Origin: a virus
Taxonomy: Duplodnaviria; Caudoviricetes
DNA: 33,956 bases
IMG/VR virus record: IMGVR_UViG_3300031647_000029
Span: 1 to 33,956 of that record
Strand: one strand, 5' to 3'
Each line of letters opens with the position of its first letter. Positions within the stretch are counted from its first letter, which is position 1. Made by a program: the position numbers and the translations under genes. Of the stretch, positions 25,147 through 33,956 are shown piece after piece. Below the pieces are notes generated by a model. The model did not search any database. It saw only the letters and a program-made list of their open reading frames with translations, and was not told the origin of the DNA.

Positions 25147-26277
25147 TTAGTTAAATTTTCTTGTTTTGATTTTTAGTCTAGAAGAATCTTGTCCTGTAAC
25201 TGCTTTAACTTTTAATCCTCCAATAAACACATCACCTTTTGGAGTCTCTCTTACTTCAGTTGTTATGTTTTTAGAATTAGCAACGACACTTTTTACAGCG
25301 TCTGCCTTACCTTGCTCATAAAAATGTTGAGCAATAGTGTCAGCGTTGTCTGCGGCGTACACGGCTTTGTGGTAACCAGCGTGATTAGTTACATTACCTT
25401 TGTCATCCATAAATTTGTTAACTAGGTTTTTTAAACTACTCTGCTTGTTAGCGACATCAGAAGGATTTTTAATACCGTATCTAAACTTTTTGTCTCCTAC
25501 ATTGAAATCAAAACCTTTGAAATCGCTAGCAAATAATTGTTTAGTTTTGGATTTAAAATCAGTATACTGTTTGTCAACCACTTCTTGTTCTTCATTATAT
25601 CGATTAAAAAAATCCACAGCTTTTTTCTGTTCTTGAGTAACGCCCGGTCTCAACTTGATCTCGTCGTAATATTTACCCTTTAGTTCTTCTAAATAGCTAT
25701 GAGCTTTTGCAACCTCTTCTTTAAATGCGAGTTTTTTCTTACGGATGTCTCGTTCACCCTCCTCATCTTCATCATAAGAAAAATTATCTTCCATAATGAA
25801 TTCAATTTCTTCTTTGTCTAAATGAGGTTTTGATTTTTTATAATATTCTACTAGTAAAGATCTGCTATCTACTTTTGAGTAGTCAGCATTTAATCTAGTA
25901 TAGTCTTCTATTGTTCCACCAGTTTCTTTCATGAAGGCAACTAGCTTTTCTACGTTGTCTGGTAAAATTATTTCAGGCTTTGCTTCAACTACAGGTTCTA
26001 TTTTTTCTTTTACTTCTTCTTCTTCATCTGTAATCTCTTGTATTATTGGAGACTCTTCATTCACTTCTCCAATAGTAACAATTTCTTCAATAGCAGCCTC
26101 AGCTACTGGTTCTTCTTTAATAACTACCTTAGTTATTTCTTGTTTCTTTTCTAACCCTTCGTTAATAGGTTCTACAACCGTAACTTTTACAGGTTCTTTT
26201 GATTCTACTTTTTCTACAGGTTCTTTAATAGATTTTTTAATCTTTATAGATCCTTTTGTTTCTTTTTCTGTTGACAT
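25147..26277 (-). CDS. Putative capsid scaffolding protein
   Basis: 376 aa with a Glu/Lys-rich low-complexity N-terminus and helical core, between portal and MCP. Confidence 0.7.
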   Translation of the reverse strand: MSTEKETKGSIKIKKSIKEPVEKVESKEPVKVTVVEPINEGLEKKQEITKVVIKEEPVAEAAIEEIVTIGEVNEESPIIQEITDEEEEVKEKIEPVVEAKPEIILPDNVEKLVAFMKETGGTIEDYTRLNADYSKVDSRSLLVEYYKKSKPHLDKEEIEFIMEDNFSYDEDEEGERDIRKKKLAFKEEVAKAHSYLEELKGKYYDEIKLRPGVTQEQKKAVDFFNRYNEEQEVVDKQYTDFKSKTKQLFASDFKGFDFNVGDKKFRYGIKNPSDVANKQSSLKNLVNKFMDDKGNVTNHAGYHKAVYAADNADTIAQHFYEQGKADAVKSVVANSKNITTEVRETPKGDVFIGGLKVKAVTGQDSSRLKIKTRKFN

Positions 26278-26307
26278 GATAAAATATTATATAATTAATT
26301 AATAAAA

Positions 26308-28722
26308 TTACCTAGGCATAAACTGCTCTAGGTTCATTCCTCCTCCAACAGAATCGTTTCCGTTAGACTCAAAATTCTTAGGCAATAAATCATTTTTTCT
26401 TTGACTTATCATTTCGCTTTGTTGCGTTGCTTGTATTCTAGTTCTTTGATCTTTACGATCTTCGATCTGTGCTTCTTTCTCGTTCATTGTTTTGTTCTGA
26501 GCTTCTGTTAACTTTATATTGTATTGAAACTCTAACTCCATCAACTCTTTCTTTATCACAGCTTCTTGCTGTAATTTGTTTACTTCAAACTGAGACTTAC
26601 CTTGTTCTAATTGAAGCTTAGATTGAGTCATTGCTTCGTTCTTTTGAACTTCAGCCATAGCCGCTCTCTCCGCTGCTTCAGCATTTGCATTGGCTTGTGT
26701 TTGTATCATTAACTGTTGCTGCTCTTGATCTTGTTTAATTTTAGCTTTACGCTTAACTTTAAGCATTTGATTAGCTAGTTTTAAGTTTTTAACCTGACGT
26801 ATATCGATCGCGTCTTCTAAGTTAATACCACCACTCTGTAAAGCTATTTGTATGTTTTGTTCAAGCACAGCTTTTTCTTCTTCGTCAGGTTCTAGTTCTA
26901 AATAGATACCAAATTCAAATAAATTTAAGCTAGACATTTCTTGTAAAGTACCTACGTTAAAAGAACTTAAAGAGTCTTTTAAACTTTGTGCTAGTAAATC
27001 ATACTCTAATACATCTGATATTTTAAGAGCTACATTTTCTGCTGTTTTAACAGTTAAGAAAGAACATGCTTGTAGTATATGCCTAGTTGCTACGTTAGAA
27101 TTTGCTGCTGCTAGTTTTTGTATACCTACTAAAGCATCTTTGTCAGGCATACTAGCGTCTCTAGCTTCGTTAAGTCCTGTTACATCTCTTATCATTTGTA
27201 AGTAATAATTATAAGTACCTATAAGTGATTGTATTTTTCCATTTGCACTAGAAGTTTGTAGTTCTTGAATAGGTACTTTACCTCTATTAGGATCTCCATC
27301 TTGTGTAAGTGATCTACCTACTATAGAACCTGTTTGGAAATACATATTTAATGCTTCTTGAGCATTGTAATTTGTACCGTTACCTAAATCAACCTCTGCT
27401 AAACCATCTACATCTACAAACACACCATCTGGAACCATTCTAGATAAGACTTGTTGTAGTTTTAGATGCGTTAGTTGTATCATATCAGCAAAGCTAACAC
27501 ATTTACTAACTAAAGATTCTATTCTTCCTCTGTACATTCTAGGCGCACAGATATTATAGTTCATGTTAACCTTAGTCATATTAGACATAGGTCTAGTCAT
27601 GTTTTCTGCTAGCTTCCATTCAACCATGTTATCAATACCTAGTATTTTAGCACCGCTATATAGAACTTCTATTGATCTAGCTACTCTTTCAAAATTGTCA
27701 TTAGCCGGTGGGGCAAATGAGTCTGGCTTTTCTAAAGCTTTTTCTAAACCTTGATCTGTTTGTTTTATTTTAAAGACTTGATTGTTGTAAGTTTTATATT
27801 CAAAAAACAACACTTGAACAATATCTGGTCCTTGATTCCAGTTTCTTAAATAATTTTGAGTACCTGGAAACTTTTGTATTTTTTCCATTTCTTCTTCAGA
27901 AAGATAAGGAAATTGTTTTTTTACTTCTGCTATAGTCATAGACTTAACTTCACCAACATAGTATATGTCTTCAAAATTAGGATCTTCTGTATAAGAATAT
28001 ACTAGCGAAGCAGGATCTACATATTCTACTTTTATACCATTAGCTATATTAAAATTAGTTTTAACACAACTAATACCTAAAGTAACTAAATCTAATAATA
28101 GTCTTTTTCTAGTTTCATTAAATTTGTTTTGTGCAAACACATTAGCTATAGCTTCTTCTTCAGCTATTTCAATAGACTGTTTGTAAGTTAACTGCATGTG
28201 AAGATCTAGCTCTTGTCTATTTTCTGGTAAATTCTCAGGATCACTAGTAGTCCATAAATTCATACCAACTTCTTTTTGAGCTTTTTCTAAGAAAGATCTT
28301 GCTTGTATATCTCTTAATAGACCCTCAGCATAATTAGTTCTTTTTTTCTGTGACTCTGGATCTTGAGCATAAGCTTTTATATCGTAGTCTCTATTAGCCA
28401 TTCCGTTAACTACTATGTCTACAAATTTAGAAATAATAGGAACAGGTTTCCAGTCTAAATTAAGATAAGACATATCACCGTTGATAGATAATTCGTCTTT
28501 GTATTTTTGTACTGACTGCTCTCCTCTAGCGTATAGTCTTCTGTTATGAAACTGTGAGTAGTTTGTCATAAATCTATCGCCGCCATTTTGACCACCTCTA
28601 TTCTGTCTAAACCACTCGTTCTCTATAGCTCTTCCTACAAGAAGCCCATATTCCCAACTGTTCTTTTCTTCATCCGGTACTACCTGACTTGGAAACGTGC
28701 TATTGTAATTAGTTGTAATCAT
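26308..28722 (-). CDS. Portal protein (crAss-like type)
   Basis: 804 aa after terL; LNLDWKPVPIISKFVDIVVNG, IRDVTGLNEARD and a long C-terminal Gln/Glu coiled coil (barrel). Confidence 0.88.
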   Translation of the reverse strand: MITTNYNSTFPSQVVPDEEKNSWEYGLLVGRAIENEWFRQNRGGQNGGDRFMTNYSQFHNRRLYARGEQSVQKYKDELSINGDMSYLNLDWKPVPIISKFVDIVVNGMANRDYDIKAYAQDPESQKKRTNYAEGLLRDIQARSFLEKAQKEVGMNLWTTSDPENLPENRQELDLHMQLTYKQSIEIAEEEAIANVFAQNKFNETRKRLLLDLVTLGISCVKTNFNIANGIKVEYVDPASLVYSYTEDPNFEDIYYVGEVKSMTIAEVKKQFPYLSEEEMEKIQKFPGTQNYLRNWNQGPDIVQVLFFEYKTYNNQVFKIKQTDQGLEKALEKPDSFAPPANDNFERVARSIEVLYSGAKILGIDNMVEWKLAENMTRPMSNMTKVNMNYNICAPRMYRGRIESLVSKCVSFADMIQLTHLKLQQVLSRMVPDGVFVDVDGLAEVDLGNGTNYNAQEALNMYFQTGSIVGRSLTQDGDPNRGKVPIQELQTSSANGKIQSLIGTYNYYLQMIRDVTGLNEARDASMPDKDALVGIQKLAAANSNVATRHILQACSFLTVKTAENVALKISDVLEYDLLAQSLKDSLSSFNVGTLQEMSSLNLFEFGIYLELEPDEEEKAVLEQNIQIALQSGGINLEDAIDIRQVKNLKLANQMLKVKRKAKIKQDQEQQQLMIQTQANANAEAAERAAMAEVQKNEAMTQSKLQLEQGKSQFEVNKLQQEAVIKKELMELEFQYNIKLTEAQNKTMNEKEAQIEDRKDQRTRIQATQQSEMISQRKNDLLPKNFESNGNDSVGGGMNLEQFMPR

Positions 28723-30933
28723 CTATTTTATTATTTTTGAAATGTGTCCTTTATTGTCGTACGAGCTAAATCCTAAGGAAACTTTTTCTCTTATTATTTC
28801 ATTAACTGGTCTATATTTATTTTTATTACAAGCCATTAAAGCTAGTCCTGAGCTTATAGAAGCATCATGCTTTGTTCTATTGTTTATATCAAACGCTGCC
28901 CAGTCTTCTAAAGTTCTTTGAAAATACATGTCACCATGAGTATCTCCTAAATGACCCACATAATTTTCTATGTAAGTTTCTATAGCCGCTGCGTGCGCTT
29001 GTTTAATGTCTTCACTAGAATTAGGTATTCCTCCTATTTCTCTTTCTGTTATTGATAGCTTATTATAAATCTTATCAGGTCTATTCATACAAAAATGTCT
29101 ATAACCTCTTCTTCTAAAATGATATAATAACCTAGGCTTATTGTTTTCTATTAATATAGGCATACCATAAAAATGACAAGCCATTAACACGTCTTCAAAA
29201 AATATCTCTGCAGTCTGTGGTCTAGCGATATATTCTAAGAAAAAAGAATTATAAGGTGCGTCTTCCATGCTAAACTTAGTTAAACCATGTAAAGATCCAT
29301 TAGATCCTTTACCGTCAACTGTTCCAGATATATCGTAGCTATCACATCCAAAAGCTCCTATATGTTCATTGCCTGGATATTTTAAACCATTTTTCTTTAC
29401 AACTGTATTCTGCAAGTTAATCGGTGGAACCCATGATACCTTAAACCTACCATTAGAGTTTGGCATAAATATAACACTAGTATCTTTAATACCACCTTCC
29501 CATTGAAAAGAACCTGTTGTAACAAGACCTGAGTACTTCGCTTCTTCATTATAATCTATTTGTTGATATATCTTAGTTAAGTTAAACAAAGACATCTTAG
29601 ACTCATCTCTAAACGCGTGCTTAGTAGTACGTGGAAACTGTCTGTAGAATTCATTTAAACCATCTTGATCATGCTTTAATCCTTCTACTTCATTATCCCA
29701 ATACTCTATTACACCAATTTTTATTATGCCTCCATGAGGTCCATATGTTTTTTTGGTAGGTGTTTCGAAGACAGGAAAGCCATAAGCATCAATGTATCCT
29801 TCGTAGTTCCATTCCATAGGAATGAACAAAGAATAGAGTCCCGAACTAGTCTGTCCGTTGGCGTTTCTTTTTCTAACATCTGAGTCATCATATAATTTTT
29901 TAAAATTTCTACCTCCTTTGTCTAGAGCATTTGATGTTGATCCCATCATGCACTTTCCAATAATTCTTGATCCTAACCTAAGAGTTGTTTTTGTAACTCT
30001 CCAGTTATTAAGTATATTATTAGGTCTTTCCCATTTCCCTGATTCATCGTGGACAAGGAGTTTGAGTTTCTCCCCATCGTAGGCGTTATCCCCGGTGTTC
30101 TTCCAATCAATAGTTGTGTCAAGTCCTGCAAGATCCTCGGGTTTGTCTGTCGAGGTAATACTTCTTCTGGTAAACTTGCTAGCTGGGACTCTGTATGCCA
30201 ATTCGGTTTTAGGCCTATCCATACCGTCCTGGATGGGCTTGAAAAAGAATGGATAATTAACGGATATAGGTACAACTTTATCTGTAAACATCTTCTTAGC
30301 ATCAGCACCAGATTTAGACAAAATTCCAAAACGTGCGTCGGTTGATATAGTCGCAGAGTTAACACACTCTCCTGACGCCATAAACGAGAAACCTGAGCGT
30401 CGATTCTTGAGATAGCACATACCATAACACCTGGAGTCTGCATATACCGCGGCCCAGAATATGAAAAATATACGGTTTGCTTCTCGAAAATCTGGTTGAC
30501 CAACATCAATCTTAGACCATTGTAAATACATATAATGAGTGCCTGTGATATAAGTAGGTATATCTTTATTTATATACCAAAAACCTTCTTCACGGCGTTT
30601 AAACTCATTGTCAATGTAGTCGTAATATTTTTCTTTAAAGTCTTCAGGATATTCTCTCCAATCAAAGACTGTTTTAATTCTTTTTAATTCTTTAGGATAA
30701 TCAAATGGTGTCCATCTATTTTCTTTAAACTTGTGGACATCTTCAGCTTTTGGTAAAGCTATTTTTAAATTTTGTATTTCGTACACTTCTCCAATTTGAC
30801 CAGTCTTAGATATAACAATCATGTCATGATCTTCGTTATATCCATACTCCCATTTATTATACCTATTCATTCGCTTAAGAATTTTAGGTTTAATATGATC
30901 GGGTAATATCTTATATAAATTTTGCTCGTACAT
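28723..30933 (-). CDS. terL: Terminase large subunit
   Basis: Walker A-like LKNRRSGFS, Walker B LLVHDESGKW, motif III GSTSN, nuclease FGCDSYD and HDASISSGLA. Confidence 0.93.
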   Translation of the reverse strand: MYEQNLYKILPDHIKPKILKRMNRYNKWEYGYNEDHDMIVISKTGQIGEVYEIQNLKIALPKAEDVHKFKENRWTPFDYPKELKRIKTVFDWREYPEDFKEKYYDYIDNEFKRREEGFWYINKDIPTYITGTHYMYLQWSKIDVGQPDFREANRIFFIFWAAVYADSRCYGMCYLKNRRSGFSFMASGECVNSATISTDARFGILSKSGADAKKMFTDKVVPISVNYPFFFKPIQDGMDRPKTELAYRVPASKFTRRSITSTDKPEDLAGLDTTIDWKNTGDNAYDGEKLKLLVHDESGKWERPNNILNNWRVTKTTLRLGSRIIGKCMMGSTSNALDKGGRNFKKLYDDSDVRKRNANGQTSSGLYSLFIPMEWNYEGYIDAYGFPVFETPTKKTYGPHGGIIKIGVIEYWDNEVEGLKHDQDGLNEFYRQFPRTTKHAFRDESKMSLFNLTKIYQQIDYNEEAKYSGLVTTGSFQWEGGIKDTSVIFMPNSNGRFKVSWVPPINLQNTVVKKNGLKYPGNEHIGAFGCDSYDISGTVDGKGSNGSLHGLTKFSMEDAPYNSFFLEYIARPQTAEIFFEDVLMACHFYGMPILIENNKPRLLYHFRRRGYRHFCMNRPDKIYNKLSITEREIGGIPNSSEDIKQAHAAAIETYIENYVGHLGDTHGDMYFQRTLEDWAAFDINNRTKHDASISSGLALMACNKNKYRPVNEIIREKVSLGFSSYDNKGHISKIIK

Positions 30934-31208
30934 TACTTAGATCTTCCTTCAGCAAAGCCACGAAACACAACTTCTTTTTTAACTTCTTTAGGTTTTTCCT
31001 CAAGCTTGTTTTTTTCTTCTTCTATTCTATTCAATATTTCAAAAGCATCAAATATAGCTAGCTTCTTTGTAGCTGCTGCGTTTTTTAATCTATCCGCAGT
31101 TATATCATCGCCTGTATCTATTATAGGTTCTTTAGCTACCTTTATAAGTTCTTCAACTGCTACTTGTCCAGCTAGGATTATATTGAGTTTGGTTTTCTTT
31201 ACGCTCAT
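30933..31208 (-). CDS. Small helical protein, candidate terminase small subunit
   Basis: 91 aa, translationally coupled to terL (TAATG); ADRLKNAAATKKLAIFDAFEIL. Assignment is by position only. Confidence 0.5.
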   Translation of the reverse strand: MSVKKTKLNIILAGQVAVEELIKVAKEPIIDTGDDITADRLKNAAATKKLAIFDAFEILNRIEEEKNKLEEKPKEVKKEVVFRGFAEGRSK

Positions 31209-31758
31209 ATTTAATTACAATATCATTAGATTTCATACAGTATAATAGTTCTTCATTTAGATTAAATTCCCATTCTCTACTGGGTCTAAAACCTACAGTG
31301 TCCCCAGGAGTTATTCCTAGTGACTCTAAGCGACTATTACCAATTTTTAATATACCAACTAGTTTTTTAGTTTTAGCGGTGTCAAATTGATCATCATTTT
31401 TAACAGGTGCTATAAAGCATCTATCATTAAATGATAACCATTTGTTATTCTTCTTATATAAATACACTTGATCTGGATAAACAATATACATGTCATCTTT
31501 AAAATAGCCAGAGCCGTTTCTTTCTACACCTTTTATATCGTACCATCTTCTAAATATATTATGATGAACTATAATTTCGTCACCAATTTTTATATCAGAA
31601 CACATAGTTATAGGAGTAGAAACAACTATAGCTTTTCTGCTAATGTGTTTAAAACTTTCTATTTGAGTATTGACTATAAGTTTTTTGTCTCCTATACTTA
31701 TTTCATTGTCATACCTATTATCGATAGGTTTAACAATAAAGTTATAAAATCCATTCAT
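31153..31758 (-). CDS. Tandem GroES (Cpn10)-like co-chaperonin
   Basis: Two GroES-like units: FIVKP...AIVVSTP...IKIGDEIIV and FIAP...GILKIG...ITPGDTVGF...EFNLNEELLYCMKSNDIV. Confidence 0.65.
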   Translation of the reverse strand: MNGFYNFIVKPIDNRYDNEISIGDKKLIVNTQIESFKHISRKAIVVSTPITMCSDIKIGDEIIVHHNIFRRWYDIKGVERNGSGYFKDDMYIVYPDQVYLYKKNNKWLSFNDRCFIAPVKNDDQFDTAKTKKLVGILKIGNSRLESLGITPGDTVGFRPSREWEFNLNEELLYCMKSNDIVIKYERKENQTQYNPSWTSSS

Positions 31759-31988
31759 TAATACTGTAAATCGTATTCTACTGAAATAGACATATTGGAG
31801 TTAAATTTTTTCCAAGGAAGTATTTCATTACTTTTTTTGATAAAAATATTATAAGACTTGTCTTGTTCGTCTAAAAGTATATGAGATATTTCATGACCTC
31901 CGTACACTTGTTGACCAACAGAATAATGCATCGCGTCATTCTTGTAGTCTGACCCGATGCTTATCTTTCTAATATTACTTTTTGTCAT
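31758..31988 (-). CDS. Conserved hypothetical phage protein (76 aa)
   Basis: IRKISIGSDYKNDAMHYSVGQ; overlaps both neighbouring genes. Confidence 0.7.
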   Translation of the reverse strand: MTKSNIRKISIGSDYKNDAMHYSVGQQVYGGHEISHILLDEQDKSYNIFIKKSNEILPWKKFNSNMSISVEYDLQY

Positions 31989-32229
31989 CTACAGGAAGTT
32001 CTGAGATCTCTCCAGTCTTTAAGTCTACCTGTACTTGACCAAACTCGTCTTCAAGTTCTTTTTTAAAATCTTCAACAAGTTTGTTGTTTGTTTTAAATTG
32101 TTCTACTACTGCACTTTTTTGAATTTCAAACGATCCTAGTTGTACTACCATTTCGTTTTGTTTTCCTGTTAGTTCCTGAATAGTTTTTAATTGTTTTTCA
32201 GAAATCATTTGTTTAGCTTCTTCTGCCAT
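31975..32229 (-). CDS. Small coiled-coil protein (84 aa)
   Basis: Helical heptads ending in LEDEFGQVQVDLKTGEI; AT-rich leader. Confidence 0.7.
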   Translation of the reverse strand: MAEEAKQMISEKQLKTIQELTGKQNEMVVQLGSFEIQKSAVVEQFKTNNKLVEDFKKELEDEFGQVQVDLKTGEISELPVDDKK

Positions 32230-32295
32230 GTTGATTTAATTTAAGTTATTAATTAATTGTTAGTTATATAATTACACGTTTTAAGTGCACTTTAC

Positions 32296-32667
32296 CTAAT
32301 CTTCTGCTGGTGGTACTGGTGGTACCGGTGGATTCATCCATGTAAAATACAAGTCCTCGTTTACTGGCGCTATCTCAATAGCTATAACTGCAGCTATGCT
32401 AGCTTGCATTGCAGGTACATCTAATGATCCTTCCAGCCATCCAATAACTATAGCTTCAAAAGCTTCAGTATCTGCGTAAGGTACAAAAGGATCTCCAGCT
32501 ACATAAGTATAACTTTGTGTTCCAATATTAGTACTTGAATAAATTTCGCCTCCAGATTCTTCAGAACCAGTGTATCTGTAATGTACTGTGTATATTACAT
32601 TGTCTTCACCTTCTGCTTCAATGTGAGCGTTCATTTGTGGGATATCCCATTTGTAAGTAATTGCCAT
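32296..32667 (-). CDS. Acidic tail-fibre-associated protein (123 aa)
   Basis: Directly after the tail fibre gene; YKWDI...NVIYTVHY...FVPYAD...IVIGWL and a Pro-rich C-terminus. Confidence 0.6.
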   Translation of the reverse strand: MAITYKWDIPQMNAHIEAEGEDNVIYTVHYRYTGSEESGGEIYSSTNIGTQSYTYVAGDPFVPYADTEAFEAIVIGWLEGSLDVPAMQASIAAVIAIEIAPVNEDLYFTWMNPPVPPVPPAED

Positions 32668-32671
32668 AATT

Positions 32672-33956
32672 TTAGTTTTCTAATTTTGTAATTCTTGTTT
32701 TTAAATCTTCTATTATTTCTTGTTGTTCTTTTATTGCGTTTATTAGTACTGCTGTTAATTCTGAGTAAGCTACAGACTTAAGTCCGTCTTTAGGGTGTTC
32801 TAATATAAGTTCTGGTAAAACCGCTTCAACTTCTTGAGCTATAACACCAACTTTAGTAATTTCTTTATCAACATCATTTCTATTATAATAAACACCTCTC
32901 ATTGCTTGAACTTTGCCAATACAATCATCTATCTCTACTATATTCTCTTTTACTCTTATGTCAGAGTTTTGAGTTAATGTACCGTCAATAGTCATATTAC
33001 CTTGACCTACATCAAACGTCATTTTAATTGAATTTGGATTTCTCCAATATACAAGACCACAACCCATATCAAAGTAAGTGTCCGAGTTGTTCGTATGAAA
33101 TCTTACATATTTATTAGCTGCATAATTTCCTAAATACAAATCTGAAACACCGCTACTACTTTTAACTAATAGTCTTCCAGTAATTTCTAGTTTAACACTA
33201 TTAGTAGTAACAGTATTTCCCATACCAATATTACCGGCTCCATTTATGAAAAAACTAGTATTACTTCCAACGGCTCCATATCCTATTTGGAATGAAGCGC
33301 TGTTACCACCAGCATTTCTTATATAAAATTGATTGTTATTGTTTTGGTTTTGAAATATTATTGAGCCATTACTTGGTAAAAGAGTACGGCCATAAACAGT
33401 AAGACCAGTTGTTTCTATTCCTAGAACATTATATGACGCGTCGTCAGGACAGTTGTATTTTATGTATCTTATACCACAATCACCTACACCTTCACCAAAA
33501 AGTTCAATATTACCACGAACAGATAGTTTTTCACCTGGGGTGGATATATTAATACCAACGTTGCCGTTGTTTTTCATGGTCATTACATTTAATCCATGTC
33601 TACCTACATAAAAGTCTCCTGCGATATTTGTTAATCCCCATTGTCTATTTGTATGAGTGGTATCCGCGGTATCAAACTGAACAGTAGTTCTATTTGAACC
33701 TGCTAAACCTATAAGCACTGAATTAACACCATCAGATACAGTGCTGGTTACTGTTGTGCCTCTTACTTCTAAATTAGCGTCAGGAAAAGTTGTTCCGATT
33801 CCTACTTTTCCTCTGTCTAATACTAAAACATCATCAAAGCCAACACCATTGTTGACCATATTAAAAGAATATTGAACAATTCCTCCAGTTACTCTTTGTT
33901 TTAAATCTAATCTGTAATTTGTGTTACTTTCATTATAACGCCAACTTTGCCATGTA
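32672..33956 (-). CDS. Tail fibre/spike with C-terminal peptidase S74 intramolecular chaperone (5' end outside window)
   Basis: The frame is open to the window edge (TWQSWRYNESNTNYRLDLKQRVTGG...). Repeats GKVGIGT / GNVGIN / GNIGMG; S74 motifs SDIRVKENI, GVIAQEVEAVLPE and LINAIKEQQ. Confidence 0.9.
   Translation of the reverse strand, partial: TWQSWRYNESNTNYRLDLKQRVTGGIVQYSFNMVNNGVGFDDVLVLDRGKVGIGTTFPDANLEVRGTTVTSTVSDGVNSVLIGLAGSNRTTVQFDTADTTHTNRQWGLTNIAGDFYVGRHGLNVMTMKNNGNVGINISTPGEKLSVRGNIELFGEGVGDCGIRYIKYNCPDDASYNVLGIETTGLTVYGRTLLPSNGSIIFQNQNNNNQFYIRNAGGNSASFQIGYGAVGSNTSFFINGAGNIGMGNTVTTNSVKLEITGRLLVKSSSGVSDLYLGNYAANKYVRFHTNNSDTYFDMGCGLVYWRNPNSIKMTFDVGQGNMTIDGTLTQNSDIRVKENIVEIDDCIGKVQAMRGVYYNRNDVDKEITKVGVIAQEVEAVLPELILEHPKDGLKSVAYSELTAVLINAIKEQQEIIEDLKTRITKLEN

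Noticed and set aside
28720-28725. terL TAG stop directly followed in frame by the portal ATG, suggesting amber recoding or readthrough fusion
   Set aside because: All late genes are intact under the standard code, and both proteins have normal lengths. Zero-gap coupling also occurs with TAA at 3144/3145.
30026-30039. GGGAAATGGGAAAG in terL as a slippery site
   Set aside because: Out of phase for the TerL frame, explained by the conserved SGKWE peptide, and no strong downstream stem is visible.
1368-31761. Many plus-strand ORFs of 62-133 aa in the ORF track
   Set aside because: They are antisense shadows of well-supported minus-strand genes, with Ser/Leu/Phe-rich composition and no motifs.
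1-33956. tRNA genes, CRISPR arrays, integrase, IS elements, DGR reverse transcriptase
   Set aside because: Intergenic gaps are all about 80 nt or less, and no cloverleaf, regularly spaced repeats or matching protein motifs were seen.

Overview
AT-rich (roughly 30% GC by eye) segment of a podovirus-type tailed phage with a crAss-like virion module. The host is most likely Bacteroidota/Flavobacteriia: starts lack Shine-Dalgarno motifs, leaders are A-rich, and the tail fibre has GxVGIGT repeats. The 3' end of a class I ribonucleotide reductase alpha gene (+) converges on a bidirectional terminator with one long minus-strand late region. In transcription order that region encodes: tail fibre with S74 chaperone, small ORFs, a tandem GroES-like protein, a putative small terminase, TerL, portal, scaffold, major capsid protein, two ring/tubular proteins, a muzzle/nozzle split over two ORFs, three candidate ejected cargo proteins (226, 550 and 3076 aa), a lysis-like cassette and small basic proteins. 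The most notable element is the 3076-aa cargo protein. It has no recognisable RNA-polymerase catalytic motif and instead looks like a self-processing polyprotein: a zincin HExxH domain is followed by four copies of [S/K][L/F]R[D/N]SE that bracket a sigma-70 region-2-like domain, an unknown domain, a HAD phosphatase (with a 147-aa insert) and a C-terminal helical domain. Its 5' end carries an in-frame G GGA AAG slippery site with a downstream stem-loop/pseudoknot, suggesting -1 frameshift control. All family assignments come from motif recognition by eye; no database search was run.
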